From the NCBI GenBank assembly GCA_048939465.1, contig JBHLPL010000019.1:1-23226 (forward strand): DNA of 23,226 nucleotides. The letters run 5' to 3'. Position 1 is the first letter of the stretch, and every line of letters starts with the position of its first letter. The notes under the pieces were generated by a model. That model worked only from the letters and a program-made list of their open reading frames with translations, had not been told where the DNA came from and made no database searches. The translations under genes and the position numbers were made by a program. This document shows positions 1-7,523 of this stretch, piece after piece. This DNA comes from Promethearchaeota archaeon (lineage in GTDB: Archaea; Asgardarchaeota; Odinarchaeia; Odinarchaeales; JBHLKK01).

Positions 1-508
1 TGTATTTACCACAAAAGAAATTCGTGTATTTTTGATGCAGGTTTTGACGTGAGTAGCGCTATGCCTGAATACCCTGGTTCATTGACTGATCTTGGTGAGA
101 AACGTGAAATTCGTTGCGAAAATACCAAAGAGAAGTAGTGATCTGAAAGACAGATATATTCCTGTTGAAGAGGAAGAAAAACTCCTCGAGAATTGAAACA
201 GTTAGGTAAGCGGGATTCGGGATTGCATGTTATATGTATAGAACGATAGTCGGCAAACCCCTCTGGCCGGTTTAAATCCGGCCGCCCCAAAGCCCCACCC
301 AAGAATAAGAGTCCAACTCGAACTCCACAGAAAATAAAGGTTCTAAGGTTTATAAACTTCACGCGCCCAAATGTGACAAGAACTCACGTACAAAAGTAAA
401 TAAGAGGACCGTTGTATCTCTCCTATTAAAAGATAAGTTGAGCGCTTAAATATTAAAGGAAGGAGTACAACAGAAAAGTTCCTTTGAAAAAAGCATGAGG
501 TAGCTGCA

Positions 509-1198
509 ATGAATGTAAAGCTAATTGCTCACACACCAGATCCAGAGAAAATCGTTTATGCTGCCGCAAAGACTTGTTACTCAAAGAAGACAGGAACTAA
601 GCTATTGGAAAAACCTTTCGATGAGAAGGCAAAGAAGCTCGTAACCAATATCGTCTCTAGGGGACATCATTCAGTAATTGAGCACGCCACTTTTACTTTC
701 TCTATTGAAGGTATTTCTCGAGCTTGCAGTCATCAGTTGGTTCGACATAGGATTGCTTCATTCTCTCAACAAAGCCAAAGATATGTAAACCTAAACAAAC
801 TTCTCCATGTTGTCCCTCCCACTATAGAGAAGAACGAAGATGCCAGGAAGCTGTTTGATGATGTGATTGGAGAGATCAGAAGTGCTTACCAGAAACTGAT
901 GGAACTGGGAATTCCGAAAGAAGACTCGAGATTTGTCCTTCCAAATGCGACAAATACTAATCTCATAGTAACAATGAATGCACGCTCTCTCTGGCATTTT
1001 TTTAAACTTCGGTGCTGTCTTAGAGCTCAATGGGAAATCCGCAAGCTTGCTTGGTTAATGCTGAAAGAGGTAAAGCAGATTGCCCCAACAATTTTCAAGG
1101 ATGCAGGGCCCTGGTGCATCGGCGGAACCTGTCCCGAAGAAGACGAGGCTTGTAAGAAACTGGTAGAAGAGCGGATCGGAAAACTGATCGATCAGTAA
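509..1198 (+). CDS. thyX: FAD-dependent thymidylate synthase ThyX
   Basis: ThyX signature RHRIASFSQQSQRY, plus GHHSVIEHATFTFSIEGISRACSHQLVRHR and CCLRAQWEIR. GAGGT SD-like sequence upstream. Confidence 0.97.
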   Translation: MNVKLIAHTPDPEKIVYAAAKTCYSKKTGTKLLEKPFDEKAKKLVTNIVSRGHHSVIEHATFTFSIEGISRACSHQLVRHRIASFSQQSQRYVNLNKLLHVVPPTIEKNEDARKLFDDVIGEIRSAYQKLMELGIPKEDSRFVLPNATNTNLIVTMNARSLWHFFKLRCCLRAQWEIRKLAWLMLKEVKQIAPTIFKDAGPWCIGGTCPEEDEACKKLVEERIGKLIDQ

Positions 1199-1309
1199 GA
1201 AATTCGTTCAATCTCTGATGAGAATAGATCTATGTCTTCCAATCCAGTTCTCACAAGATTTCAATTTTTCCCTGTCGTGTGGAGCCTGATCCATTCGGTC
1301 ATGATCTTC

Positions 1310-2170
1310 TTACGGGATTCTAGATTCACAAGGAACACCTGTTTGACACAAACCACAACCGCCTCGTTTCAATCCAAAATTGGATCGAACGTATTTTCTA
1401 ATTCTCCGAATGTGTTTTAGACATTTTTCTTTGTCGTGGCCATTCTCATCAATTGCCTTAACAGGGCAACGAGAGATACAATCCCCACAGGTTCCCTTCG
1501 AGAGAAAGAGACAATACTGATTATGACTGTCATAAGGCCTTTTCGTGGGGGGGATTTCGATGTGAGCAACTACTGATCCGCATCGAATGGCTTTGCCCTT
1601 AGGAGTAATCAAACCATCACAAAGACCGAATGTTCCCAGCCCTGAGGCGTAGGCAGCATGCCTCTCTGACCAGGTAGATACCAAGCCATAACGCTCGGAA
1701 TCCATTGCCCTCCAAAATGGCGAGAGCATAGGAGCCACAGCTTCAAACCCAGATTCGCAGAGGATAGTCACTACATAGTTCCGAAGTAAGCTGTTGAACT
1801 TCTCACCATAGAAGCGTGCCCTTACCCACCTCTCTGAAGGGTATTCGACCTGCTTACTACTCTCGATTTTGGTCGCAGTTATATGAGGCAGCACCCAGCA
1901 AATTACCGTTAGGCGGGAAGGGGAGATTCTCAGTTTGGGAAAGGTTCTTGATATGATATCTGCAGGCAGCCAGTAGAAATCGCCAATGTCCTCTTTAAGG
2001 AATTCGTAAATCGGATCATCGCCTTTTGAGAATCCAACAATCGGCTCTTCCCAAGCTCTTTCATTCTTACTGTTCCTAAGGGAGTTATAAGGCGATTTAT
2101 TAACGAAACTCTTTATAATGCCGTCAATCCAAGTGGTCAGATTTTCGGCCGTCCGCTTTGATGGTTTCAT
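1310..2170 (-). CDS. QueG/epoxyqueuosine-reductase-like (reductive dehalogenase superfamily) 4Fe-4S protein
   Basis: SERHAAYASGLGTFGLCDGLITPKG..RCGSVV core. Fe-S motifs CGDCISRCPVKAI and CGLCQTGVPC. Substrate unknown. Confidence 0.8.
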   Translation of the reverse strand: MKPSKRTAENLTTWIDGIIKSFVNKSPYNSLRNSKNERAWEEPIVGFSKGDDPIYEFLKEDIGDFYWLPADIISRTFPKLRISPSRLTVICWVLPHITATKIESSKQVEYPSERWVRARFYGEKFNSLLRNYVVTILCESGFEAVAPMLSPFWRAMDSERYGLVSTWSERHAAYASGLGTFGLCDGLITPKGKAIRCGSVVAHIEIPPTKRPYDSHNQYCLFLSKGTCGDCISRCPVKAIDENGHDKEKCLKHIRRIRKYVRSNFGLKRGGCGLCQTGVPCESRIP

Positions 2171-2179
2171 GCTAACGCC

Positions 2180-2719
2180 TCAATCCTTTTTGACTCCTCT
2201 CGCTGGGATATTAAAGACTATCCTCTCATATCCTCCAACCTTATCTCCTTTCCTTGCCCATAGAATGAGCGTATTGTCTTGAGAGTCATAGTCCATTGGG
2301 CTATCTATTTCTGTTATTGCTGTCTTGGGAGGGAAGTACCAATAGACTTCAAAGTCATAGGCTGCTCGTTCTTCTTCAGCCCAGCTCTCGAATATATTGC
2401 CGCCTTTGTTGAAACTACCCTCGAAGTAAATTATCCATGTTAAGAAAGGAGTAGTCTCGGAACCTCTGTGTTCAATATCAACATGCTTCACGAGCGGTCT
2501 GGTAACAGTACCATTTATCTTTATGGTTTCCTCATCCAAGAAATCCTGCATATTCGACCAGAGTTTGTCGATCTCTTTCTTAAAATCTATCGGTCGATGA
2601 GTGAGCTGGGAATAATATCCGCTGGGATCGTAATAGTCGTATGTCAGGATTTGATTAAAAGCTCCGTCCCTGGAGACGATGAAAAAAGAATTAGCATGTA
2701 CAGGAAAAATCCCTTCCAT
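2180..2719 (-). CDS. Conserved archaeal-type hypothetical protein (beta-rich, ~179 aa)
   Basis: Open frame packed between larA and the QueG-like gene with 13-nt and 9-nt gaps. ATG at 2719 is preferred over TTG at 2749, which would overlap larA. Confidence 0.75.
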   Translation of the reverse strand: MEGIFPVHANSFFIVSRDGAFNQILTYDYYDPSGYYSQLTHRPIDFKKEIDKLWSNMQDFLDEETIKINGTVTRPLVKHVDIEHRGSETTPFLTWIIYFEGSFNKGGNIFESWAEEERAAYDFEVYWYFPPKTAITEIDSPMDYDSQDNTLILWARKGDKVGGYERIVFNIPARGVKKD

Positions 2720-2732
2720 CTTTTCAGACCTT

Positions 2733-3950
2733 CTAATCGCTAGTCCCAATTGTCGGAACCACCATGCCCCCGTCCATTACGAATGATACTCTTGCGTCGC
2801 TCCCCTTATCTTCGAGCGCTGAATCTATTGCTGTTTGAGTATTCGTGAAAGGTTTTATGAGCGCTCTTTTCAGAACTTCAGGAGAAAGGCCGGTTACACC
2901 CCAGAGATCTACCATCATTATAGTCTCTGCGATTTTTGCAGCCTTATGATAGCCCAACCTATAACCTTCTCGGATTTTTGCAAAGACTTCCTCAGGAGTT
3001 GAAGACATGCTCAATAGGTCAAAATAGGCCTTTTGGCCAATTCCCTCAGAACATCCGCTTACCAAGATCATTATGCCTTTATCTCTCACAGCGTTTTTCG
3101 TGTTCTCAATGGCCTTCTGTGACTGGTAAAGATCGACATCAAGCGGCGGTCGAGCAACGGTAACAACTATATCGGCCTTCTCTTTTATTGTTACACTGTA
3201 AACATCTTCGGCAGGCCCTACAAGACGGTGAAAGGAGTCAATAATGTGCCCTGATGCGCATGAGTAGATCCTATTATGGCGATCGGTAACGACATTTATG
3301 GCAAAGATATCAATCTCCTTGCAAATCTTTTGGGTGATCGCCTCCAGGTCCTCATGGACTGGATTACCTTCCAGCTTCATAGGGCAGGCTTCCTTTCGAA
3401 GTGCGTGGTAATGATTTTGCTCTGTGCTCTTGTGCCCGACAACGCCGGGGACAAGACTTTTTCGCCCACCTGTAAAACCGGCGAAATAATGCGGCTCAAC
3501 CGATCCAATAGTGATTACGGCATCTGCTTCAGTGATCAGTTTATTAACATGAATGTCATAGCCAAGATTACTTCTACACAAATAGACTAGATTCTGGGAG
3601 TCCTTGTCATCATGATGCGAAGTTCTGCTTCTAAATAGCCTATAATGCTTTCCAAGTATTTCTTTGTACTCAGCCTCCGTTGGGGCTCGGTGCGAGCCCG
3701 TCGCAATTAGTATTTGTGTCTCTTTCTCACCGATAAGAGGAAGTATCATGTCCAGGATTCTAGACGTTGGGGTTGGTCTGGTTCTATCATTAACCACGAT
3801 TGCAAGAGTATCACGTTCCTGCAGGAATCTCTCAAATGATTCGCTATTTACTGGGTCTTCTAAGGAGGCTCTTACAGCCTCTGCTTCGTCTCCTGTTCGA
3901 ACCTTGTTTGGATAGAGGACGCTGTGTACGTTCCTACGCGGTATTGACAC
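2733..3950 (-). CDS. larA: Nickel-pincer-dependent lactate racemase family protein (LarA); true start probably ~40 nt further upstream
   Basis: Motifs IVVNDRTRPTPT, IATGSHR, GSVEPHYFAGFTGGRKSLVPG, DLYQSQKA, CSEGIG. The open frame upstream of GTG 3950 continues as LRIRIPFFSGFQT, resembling the usual LarA first strand. Confidence 0.9.
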   Translation of the reverse strand: MSIPRRNVHSVLYPNKVRTGDEAEAVRASLEDPVNSESFERFLQERDTLAIVVNDRTRPTPTSRILDMILPLIGEKETQILIATGSHRAPTEAEYKEILGKHYRLFRSRTSHHDDKDSQNLVYLCRSNLGYDIHVNKLITEADAVITIGSVEPHYFAGFTGGRKSLVPGVVGHKSTEQNHYHALRKEACPMKLEGNPVHEDLEAITQKICKEIDIFAINVVTDRHNRIYSCASGHIIDSFHRLVGPAEDVYSVTIKEKADIVVTVARPPLDVDLYQSQKAIENTKNAVRDKGIMILVSGCSEGIGQKAYFDLLSMSSTPEEVFAKIREGYRLGYHKAAKIAETIMMVDLWGVTGLSPEVLKRALIKPFTNTQTAIDSALEDKGSDARVSFVMDGGMVVPTIGTSD

Positions 3951-4124
3951 TGTCTGGAAACCACTAAAGAAAGGAATTCTGATTCTCAGATTCTCACCCG
4001 CCGTAATTGAATTATTTAGGATATATTAATACAGGGTTTAATTAACTCTATCTGCCAGTCTGAGACTGAGAAGCACAAGAGCCTTAAGAATGTGATTCAT
4101 ACTTTGTATACTCTAAAACGTATG

Positions 4125-4138
4125 AGAAGCTTTTTATA
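4125..4138 (+). promoter_or_regulatory. Putative BRE/TATA promoter of the radical SAM gene
   Basis: AGAAGC-TTTTTATA about 40 nt upstream of ATG 4178. Confidence 0.5.
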
Positions 4139-4177
4139 CTCCTTTAAAGGGGTTATATCAAGATGTAGGTGGTTACA

Positions 4178-5743
4178 ATGTCAAAAGAAGATAGCAATGG
4201 TGGCAAATCTGCCGACGCAGGATCCATGCTTCAGGTTTTCAAATCAATCACCGACAATCCACTAGTTAGACGGATATTAAGGGGGATATCCAAATACTGT
4301 AAAAAGGACCAAGCGAATAGGTTAGAAATAGCCTTAGAGCTGTATACAGGGGTAAGAGAAAACGCCTGCGCAATTTGTAAGCTTTCTGAAAAAATCCTCT
4401 CACCAATCCTTAAAATATCCAGCAATGCCTTTGGGGTGTCACCAGAGCAACTCAAAGAGAAATTCGCGGATCGATACTGGAGAAGAGGACTTGCCAGCGT
4501 TATTAAGGGAATAGCGTATTTCGGCGTAAGACGGCCGTTTGTTCCTGGAGCACCTTTCCAAGTTGTTTGGAATGTGACTCGTGCTTGCAATCTACGGTGC
4601 AAGCATTGCTATGAGAATGCGGGTCGAGCAGATAAGGACGAGCTAACGACTGAGGAGGCTCTAAGGGTTATTGATGAATTGGCCGCTGCAGGAGTGCTTA
4701 TCTTGGCATTCTCTGGGGGAGAACCAACCATAAGGCCTGACATACTAAAGCTAATGAGACGTGCCCACAAACGTGGTATGTATGTCGCAGTTGCAACGAA
4801 TGCAACAGTATTTGCGAATAGAAAGAAGGTCAAAGAGTTCAAAAGAGCAGGCTTGGAATTCGCTCAGATTAGCCTAGATGGCCTTAATCCTGAAACACAC
4901 GATGAGTTCAGAGGTGTCCCTGGAACCTTTGAAAAAACTGTTCAGGGTATTAAAAACTGCGTAGCTGAAGGACTGTTTGTGGAAATAGCCACAACAGCCA
5001 CACAGTATAACTATGAGGAAATTCCAGATCTTATCAAGTATGCGGATAAGCTAGGAGTGGACTGGTTCATGTTATACAATTTCATTCCTGCTGGAAGAGG
5101 AGCAGAGATCGTTGAACAAGACTTGAGTCCAGAGCAGAGAGAAAAACTGCTCAAGAACCTTTGGAACTACATGAAGGAAGGAAAAGTTAAGATTCAGTGT
5201 CTTTCTACAGCTCCTCAGTTTGCCAGGGTGGTAATGGAAGCGGAACTGGGGAAGGACAAGAAGATTTCAGAAGCTGAAGAGGTAACTGTTCCGACTCACT
5301 TCTACAACCCATCTTTTGGAGGTAAACTGAGAAGTCTTGCGGATTTTATCGGCGGATGTGGGGCTGGACGGTTTTACATGGCTATCGAGCCCAACGGAGA
5401 CCTGTATCCTTGTGTATTCTTCCCACACGAGGAAGAAGTCAAAGTCGGCAATTTGAGAAAAGACAGATTTGAGGATGTCTGGCGGCACAATCAGTTGCTT
5501 CTAGAAGCCAGAAACAAAGATTTGCTTGAACCAAACTGCGGTGAGTGCAAATTCCACTATGTTTGCGGAGGCTGCAGAGCAAGAGCCTATAACTATTACA
5601 AGAATATACTCGCTCCCGATCCAGGATGCATTAGGAATCAGCGCTACTGGCTTGATCTCAAGGAAGATTTGAAGACAGCATTTGAGGCAAAACCGACAAT
5701 AACTGGCGACATAGTCCTCCGAAAAGTAAAACAGGAAGCATGA
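4178..5743 (+). CDS. Radical SAM/SPASM-domain protein with ~120-aa N-terminal extension
   Basis: CNLRCKHC radical SAM motif, FSGGEP, SPASM cysteines GCGAG..YPC..CGECKFHYVCGGCRARA..DPGC, N-terminal CAIC. ATG 4178 follows AGGTGG. Confidence 0.93.
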   Translation: MSKEDSNGGKSADAGSMLQVFKSITDNPLVRRILRGISKYCKKDQANRLEIALELYTGVRENACAICKLSEKILSPILKISSNAFGVSPEQLKEKFADRYWRRGLASVIKGIAYFGVRRPFVPGAPFQVVWNVTRACNLRCKHCYENAGRADKDELTTEEALRVIDELAAAGVLILAFSGGEPTIRPDILKLMRRAHKRGMYVAVATNATVFANRKKVKEFKRAGLEFAQISLDGLNPETHDEFRGVPGTFEKTVQGIKNCVAEGLFVEIATTATQYNYEEIPDLIKYADKLGVDWFMLYNFIPAGRGAEIVEQDLSPEQREKLLKNLWNYMKEGKVKIQCLSTAPQFARVVMEAELGKDKKISEAEEVTVPTHFYNPSFGGKLRSLADFIGGCGAGRFYMAIEPNGDLYPCVFFPHEEEVKVGNLRKDRFEDVWRHNQLLLEARNKDLLEPNCGECKFHYVCGGCRARAYNYYKNILAPDPGCIRNQRYWLDLKEDLKTAFEAKPTITGDIVLRKVKQEA

Positions 5744-5867
5744 AGAAAAGTCAGGCTGTCTTTACCTTCTGCGTAGACTGTCAGACACCGAAGTAGCCAT
5801 TTTGGTTAATTCTCTTACATTTTTCGCAACATAACTTCGCGTTGGCTGTGAGTTTCGCAAAGCAATC

Positions 5868-5882
5868 GAAATATATATATAT
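5868..5882 (+). promoter_or_regulatory. Putative BRE/TATA promoter of the gelsolin gene
   Basis: GAA-ATATATATATAT about 45 nt upstream of ATG 5925. Confidence 0.5.
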
Positions 5883-5924
5883 CAGAAAACCGTCTTATTT
5901 AATTTGAATAGGAGGGTTTTATCG

Positions 5925-6191
5925 ATGACCCTAAGCATGTATTGTGTAAGCAGTGATGGAGAATTAGTGGAAGTTGCCTGCTCACAAGATAATCTAGACA
6001 GCGTGGCAATCATTATAGATGATGACCGTAGAAGGATTTACCTATGGATAGGCGAAACAGCCGATGTTAGAAAGAAGTTCATAGCCGCAAGGAAAGCCAC
6101 TGAGCTTAAGAGAGAGAAAGGTCTCATTTACAGGATTAGAAACATCGATCAGGGCTATGAGTCTGAGGAATTCATGCAACTTTTCATGTGA
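5925..6191 (+). CDS. Single-domain gelsolin-family protein (Asgard 1DGel-like)
   Basis: LDSVAIIIDD..RRIYLWIGETADVRKKFIAARKA..LK....IRNIDQGYESEEFMQLF matches the gelsolin repeat pattern (ILD...IYVWIG..A...EK..A...A......VxEGxExxEF..LF). GGAGG lies 9 nt before ATG 5925. Confidence 0.85.
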   Translation: MTLSMYCVSSDGELVEVACSQDNLDSVAIIIDDDRRRIYLWIGETADVRKKFIAARKATELKREKGLIYRIRNIDQGYESEEFMQLFM

Positions 6192-6217
6192 GAATTCCAG
6201 CAAGCTATAAGCTTTTA

Positions 6218-6225
6218 TTTATATA
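6218..6225 (+). promoter_or_regulatory. Putative TATA box of the PDCD5-like gene
   Basis: TTTATATA about 60 nt upstream of TTG 6286. GAGGGA SD-like sequence near the start. Confidence 0.45.
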
Positions 6226-6285
6226 TGCTCTTTAGGTTTAGTGCATGGCTTATTTTGAGAAGGGCATAACGAGGGAGAACAGTCT

Positions 6286-6654
6286 TTGGACGAGCTGGAA
6301 CGGATAAAGAAAAAGAAACTCATGGAACTCATGAAAGAAGCGAAAGACCGTGAGCGAGAGGAAGAGAAACAGAAAGAAGTTGAAAGCAGCAAGGATCAGA
6401 CACTCAAGGCCGTATGCACGCCAGACGCATACCAATATTTGGAATCACTCCAAAAAGTAAAGCCAAAAACTGCTATTGAGATTGGGAGGATAATAATATT
6501 CCTCACGACTAGAAGGAAGCTTGGCGGCAGGGTTACCAAAACAGGCGTCATGATTCTTGAAAGACGCATTGAAGGGGTCGGGCCAAGGATAAGAATAAAG
6601 CGTAGAGGGGAAGACCTAATGGATATATCTGAGAAGCTAAGAAAGAAGGGGTAG
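6286..6654 (+). CDS. PDCD5/TFAR19-like dsDNA-binding protein (divergent)
   Basis: DELERIKKKKLMEL...LKAVCTPDAYQYLESLQKVKPKTA parallels the family pattern dELexIRxxRlxEL...lrqiLTPEAreRLxxixlVKPexA. Confidence 0.75.
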   Translation: MDELERIKKKKLMELMKEAKDREREEEKQKEVESSKDQTLKAVCTPDAYQYLESLQKVKPKTAIEIGRIIIFLTTRRKLGGRVTKTGVMILERRIEGVGPRIRIKRRGEDLMDISEKLRKKG

Positions 6655-6659
6655 AACTA

Positions 6660-6666
6660 TTTTTTT
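6660..6666 (+). terminator. Oligo-T terminator candidate
   Basis: T7 run 5 nt after the PDCD5-like stop codon. Confidence 0.45.
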
Positions 6667-6753
6667 GCCAAAAAGCTTCTAATCACAAGATATTTCTATC
6701 AAAACGACCAATTATATCCTGATCGATTGTTTAATTTTCAGATTACTGGGACG

Positions 6754-7518
6754 ATGGAAAGAATGAGTTTAGAACGGGACGAAACTGAGATCTTGAAGGA
6801 TCAACTCAAGGAAAAGGAATCAGCAATATGGAATTTGCAGGCAAGGATTGGAGAAATCGAGACTGCGCTGAGAACACTAAATGCTGAAGTTAAGATGAAA
6901 GATGAGCAAATAGGGAAACTTAATGATAAAAACGCAGAATTTCAGAAGCAACTGACAAGGATGGAGGTATTCTGCGACAATCTGCAGGCCTACGCTATAA
7001 GAGCTGTCGCCGGATTGGCTGAGGGGAAGAGGGACCTAAAAGAATTGATTAGAGAAAAGGGGAACCTGAAACACAGGATTCTCTTGGTTGTAAATGATTC
7101 GAAGCAAGTAACAAAGGAAGAGCTTGTGACAGAGCTAGGTATTGAAGAGACCACCCTAGATCGTACTCTTCAGGTTCTAAAAGGAGAAGGGCTGATAAAG
7201 GTAGGAACAGATAAGATCATGAGTTCAGCCGCAAGCACTCTTAAAGGACCACCAGTTGAGAAGTGGGGAAGTTTGGCAACAGAAATGCTCTTTGACAGAT
7301 TTGCGGAGTTCTGCAGAGAGAATGAGGAATCCGAACTGGTAGCGAGCGCTATAGAGCGAGTAGCAGACATAGTCGAAGAACGTCTGAAGAGCTATTCACC
7401 ACTTATCTATCAGATGCGAAAAGAGGTAGAGAAGTGGAAAAACAAAACGGGAAGCAAAGAGGATCTGAAAAACTATATCCCCGATTGGAGAAGGAGAACT
7501 CTGAAAGCAGAGATCTAG
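6754..7518 (+). CDS. Coiled-coil + winged-helix + C-terminal helical domain protein, function unknown
   Basis: Heptad-rich N-terminal ~80 aa, then HRILLVV..KQVTKEELVTELGIEETTLDRTLQVLKGEGLIKV (wHTH pattern). Start is ATG 6754 or 6763. Confidence 0.8.
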   Translation: MERMSLERDETEILKDQLKEKESAIWNLQARIGEIETALRTLNAEVKMKDEQIGKLNDKNAEFQKQLTRMEVFCDNLQAYAIRAVAGLAEGKRDLKELIREKGNLKHRILLVVNDSKQVTKEELVTELGIEETTLDRTLQVLKGEGLIKVGTDKIMSSAASTLKGPPVEKWGSLATEMLFDRFAEFCRENEESELVASAIERVADIVEERLKSYSPLIYQMRKEVEKWKNKTGSKEDLKNYIPDWRRRTLKAEI

Positions 7519-7523
7519 GTTTC

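Noticed and set aside
199-301. Complete tRNA, SRP RNA or RNase P RNA gene
   Set aside because: Only a T-arm-like hairpin is present. There is no pairing 5' acceptor strand, D-arm or anticodon arm, and no SRP or RNase P conserved motifs.
6-362. 118-aa minus-strand ORF from the track
   Set aside because: No recognisable motif, atypical composition, and it runs through a GC-rich structured patch. Short plus-strand frames (1-138; about 92-198) are equally plausible, so no CDS was called.
1216-1289. C/D box sRNA (TGATGA at 1216-1221, CTGA at 1286-1289)
   Set aside because: The spacing is long for an archaeal C/D guide, and I found no convincing D'/C' boxes or terminal stem.
2936-3915. Plus-strand ORFs antisense to larA (2936..3163, 3276..3590, 3664..3915)
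   Set aside because: Shadow ORFs opposite a well-supported gene, with no motifs. The same applies to the other short antisense ORFs in the track.
4178-6191. RiPP cluster (SPASM enzyme plus precursor peptide)
   Set aside because: No short precursor ORF, PqqD/RRE domain, protease or transporter nearby. The downstream small ORF is better explained as gelsolin.
6754-7518. ESCRT-II (Vps22/Vps25) or Hop2/Mnd1 identity for the coiled-coil/wHTH protein
   Set aside because: Only one winged helix is visible (ESCRT-II subunits have two), the domain order is opposite to Hop2/Mnd1, and no ESCRT genes are adjacent.
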